This document shows positions 62,901 to 64,000 of a DNA stretch of 64,000 nt, piece by piece. Source of the stretch: Mobula hypostoma (lineage: Eukaryota); NCBI RefSeq assembly GCF_963921235.1, contig NC_086097.1, positions 73,286,001 to 73,350,000 on the forward strand, given 5' to 3'. The position numbers and the translations under genes are program-made. Each line of letters begins with the position of its first letter. Positions within the stretch are counted from its first letter, which is position 1. The notes beneath the pieces are model-generated. The model saw nothing but the letters and a program-made list of their open reading frames with translations, was not told where the DNA came from and did no database searches.

Positions 62901-64000
62901 CTGAATGGCTCTACCATTTCATCATGGCTGATCCCAGATTACACTCAACCCCATACACCTGCCTTCTTGCCATATCCTTTGATACCATGACCAATCAGGA
63001 AACGATGGACCTCCGCCGTAAATATAGGCACGGACTTGGCATCCACTGCAGTCTGTGGCAGAGTATTCCACAGAGTTGCTACTCTCTGACTAAAAATGTT
63101 CCTCCTTACCTCTGTTCTAAAAGGTCGACCCTCATCTTTGAGGCTGTGCCCTCTAATTCTGGATATCCTCACCATAGGAAATATCCTCTCCACATCCACC
63201 CTGTCTAGACGTTTCAACATTCGGTAGGTTTCAATGAGATCCTCCCGCATTCTTCTAAATTCCAATGAGTACAGGCCCAAAGCTGCCAAGTGCTCCTCAT
63301 GTGTTAATCCATTCATTCTCAGAATGAGGACATGAGTCAACGTTCACTGGGGCAGGAGCAGGCAGAAACAGTCGGCATAACTGAACAGTTAAGCTAGTGG
63401 ATATTGGCTAGGAGGTAGAAATGAGCACTGAGGGGTAAATGAACTGTGAGATTGGTGTCTGTGGTTAGGAGATCACCAGAATGGATGAAGTTGGTGATGG
63501 TTTCGGAGACAAATTTCTGACGTTCCTGAGTGTGGTCCTTTACAAAGGGTAAGTAACAGGAGGTGTCTAGAGTTTCTGTCTGGCTTCAGCAAAGTAGAGG
63601 TCAGTCCACCACACTATAACAGCACCCCTTTTTTCTGTGGCTTTCATGGTGAGGTTGTGATTGGTGCCGAGAGAGTGGATGGAAGTGAGTTCAAAAGGGA
63701 TAATGCTTGAAGAGGAAAGAGGAGTGCTGAAGTCGAGCCAGTTGATGTCTGCAATTAGGGATGAAAAGATTTAGAGCAGGCAGAGAACCAGAGAGGAGTG
63801 TTCATGAGGAAGAGGAAGGTTAGAGACAGGAGAAAGAGGTCATCGGTGTGGGGTGGTGAATTCTTGCCAAAGAAGTGGGCTCGGAGATAGAAGTAAAGTT
63901 TGACGCTGTGATGGGCGCAGAACCCACTGAGGTGCGGGCGAAGGGGGACAAAGATAAGGCCCTTGCCAAGGACAGAACATTCCACCTCAGAGAAGGGAAG
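59960..64000 (-). mobile_element. Cluster of decayed Penelope-like elements (RT + GIY-YIG), with a CR1 3' fragment inserted at ~62860-63325
   Basis: AELVLTLNNYSFSSSHFLQTKGAAMGIRVGPSYVCLF..LIDNCIG (Penelope RT), RRHFTCKSIGVICCIWCSLY (GIY-YIG) and SVLGKGLIFVPL. Termini at ~59960 and ~60650. Confidence 0.85.

Noticed and set aside
1..64000. Prokaryotic systems (operons, CRISPR arrays, retrons, defence RTs)
   Set aside because: All RT and endonuclease motifs belong to eukaryotic retroelement clades, and the region has spliceosomal exon-intron structure.

Overview
Eukaryotic (vertebrate) intronic DNA. The repeat families (HE1-like SINE, CR1, Rex1/Babar and Penelope-like elements) point to a cartilaginous fish, probably a ray; this is inference. 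The only host gene I can support is STXBP6 (amisyn) on the + strand, with two coding exons at 42919-43049 and 59151-59316. I did not find its first coding exon or its downstream exons in the window. Nearly all other ORFs in the track are fragments or antisense shadows of retroelements. These include many CR1 LINEs (one essentially full length with an SGNH-esterase ORF1), Rex1/Babar LINEs, a decayed BEL/Pao LTR element, a solo LTR, a truncated L1, a HERO-like restriction-endonuclease LINE fragment, Penelope-like GIY-YIG elements and several SINEs, often nested with readable target-site duplications (TSDs). The most interesting signals are at RNA level. (1) A hammerhead-ribozyme core in a non-circularly permuted, pseudoknotted strand order lies in the 3' UTR of the HERO-like element (8051-8130, minus strand). 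(2) Minimal type I hammerheads recur in the Penelope-like termini, including a 1-kb fold-back insertion with one in each arm. (3) Two near-identical 2.5-kb CR1 copies in inverted orientation bracket an STXBP6 exon. Family names come from remembered motifs, not database searches. Repeat boundaries without a stated TSD are approximate.
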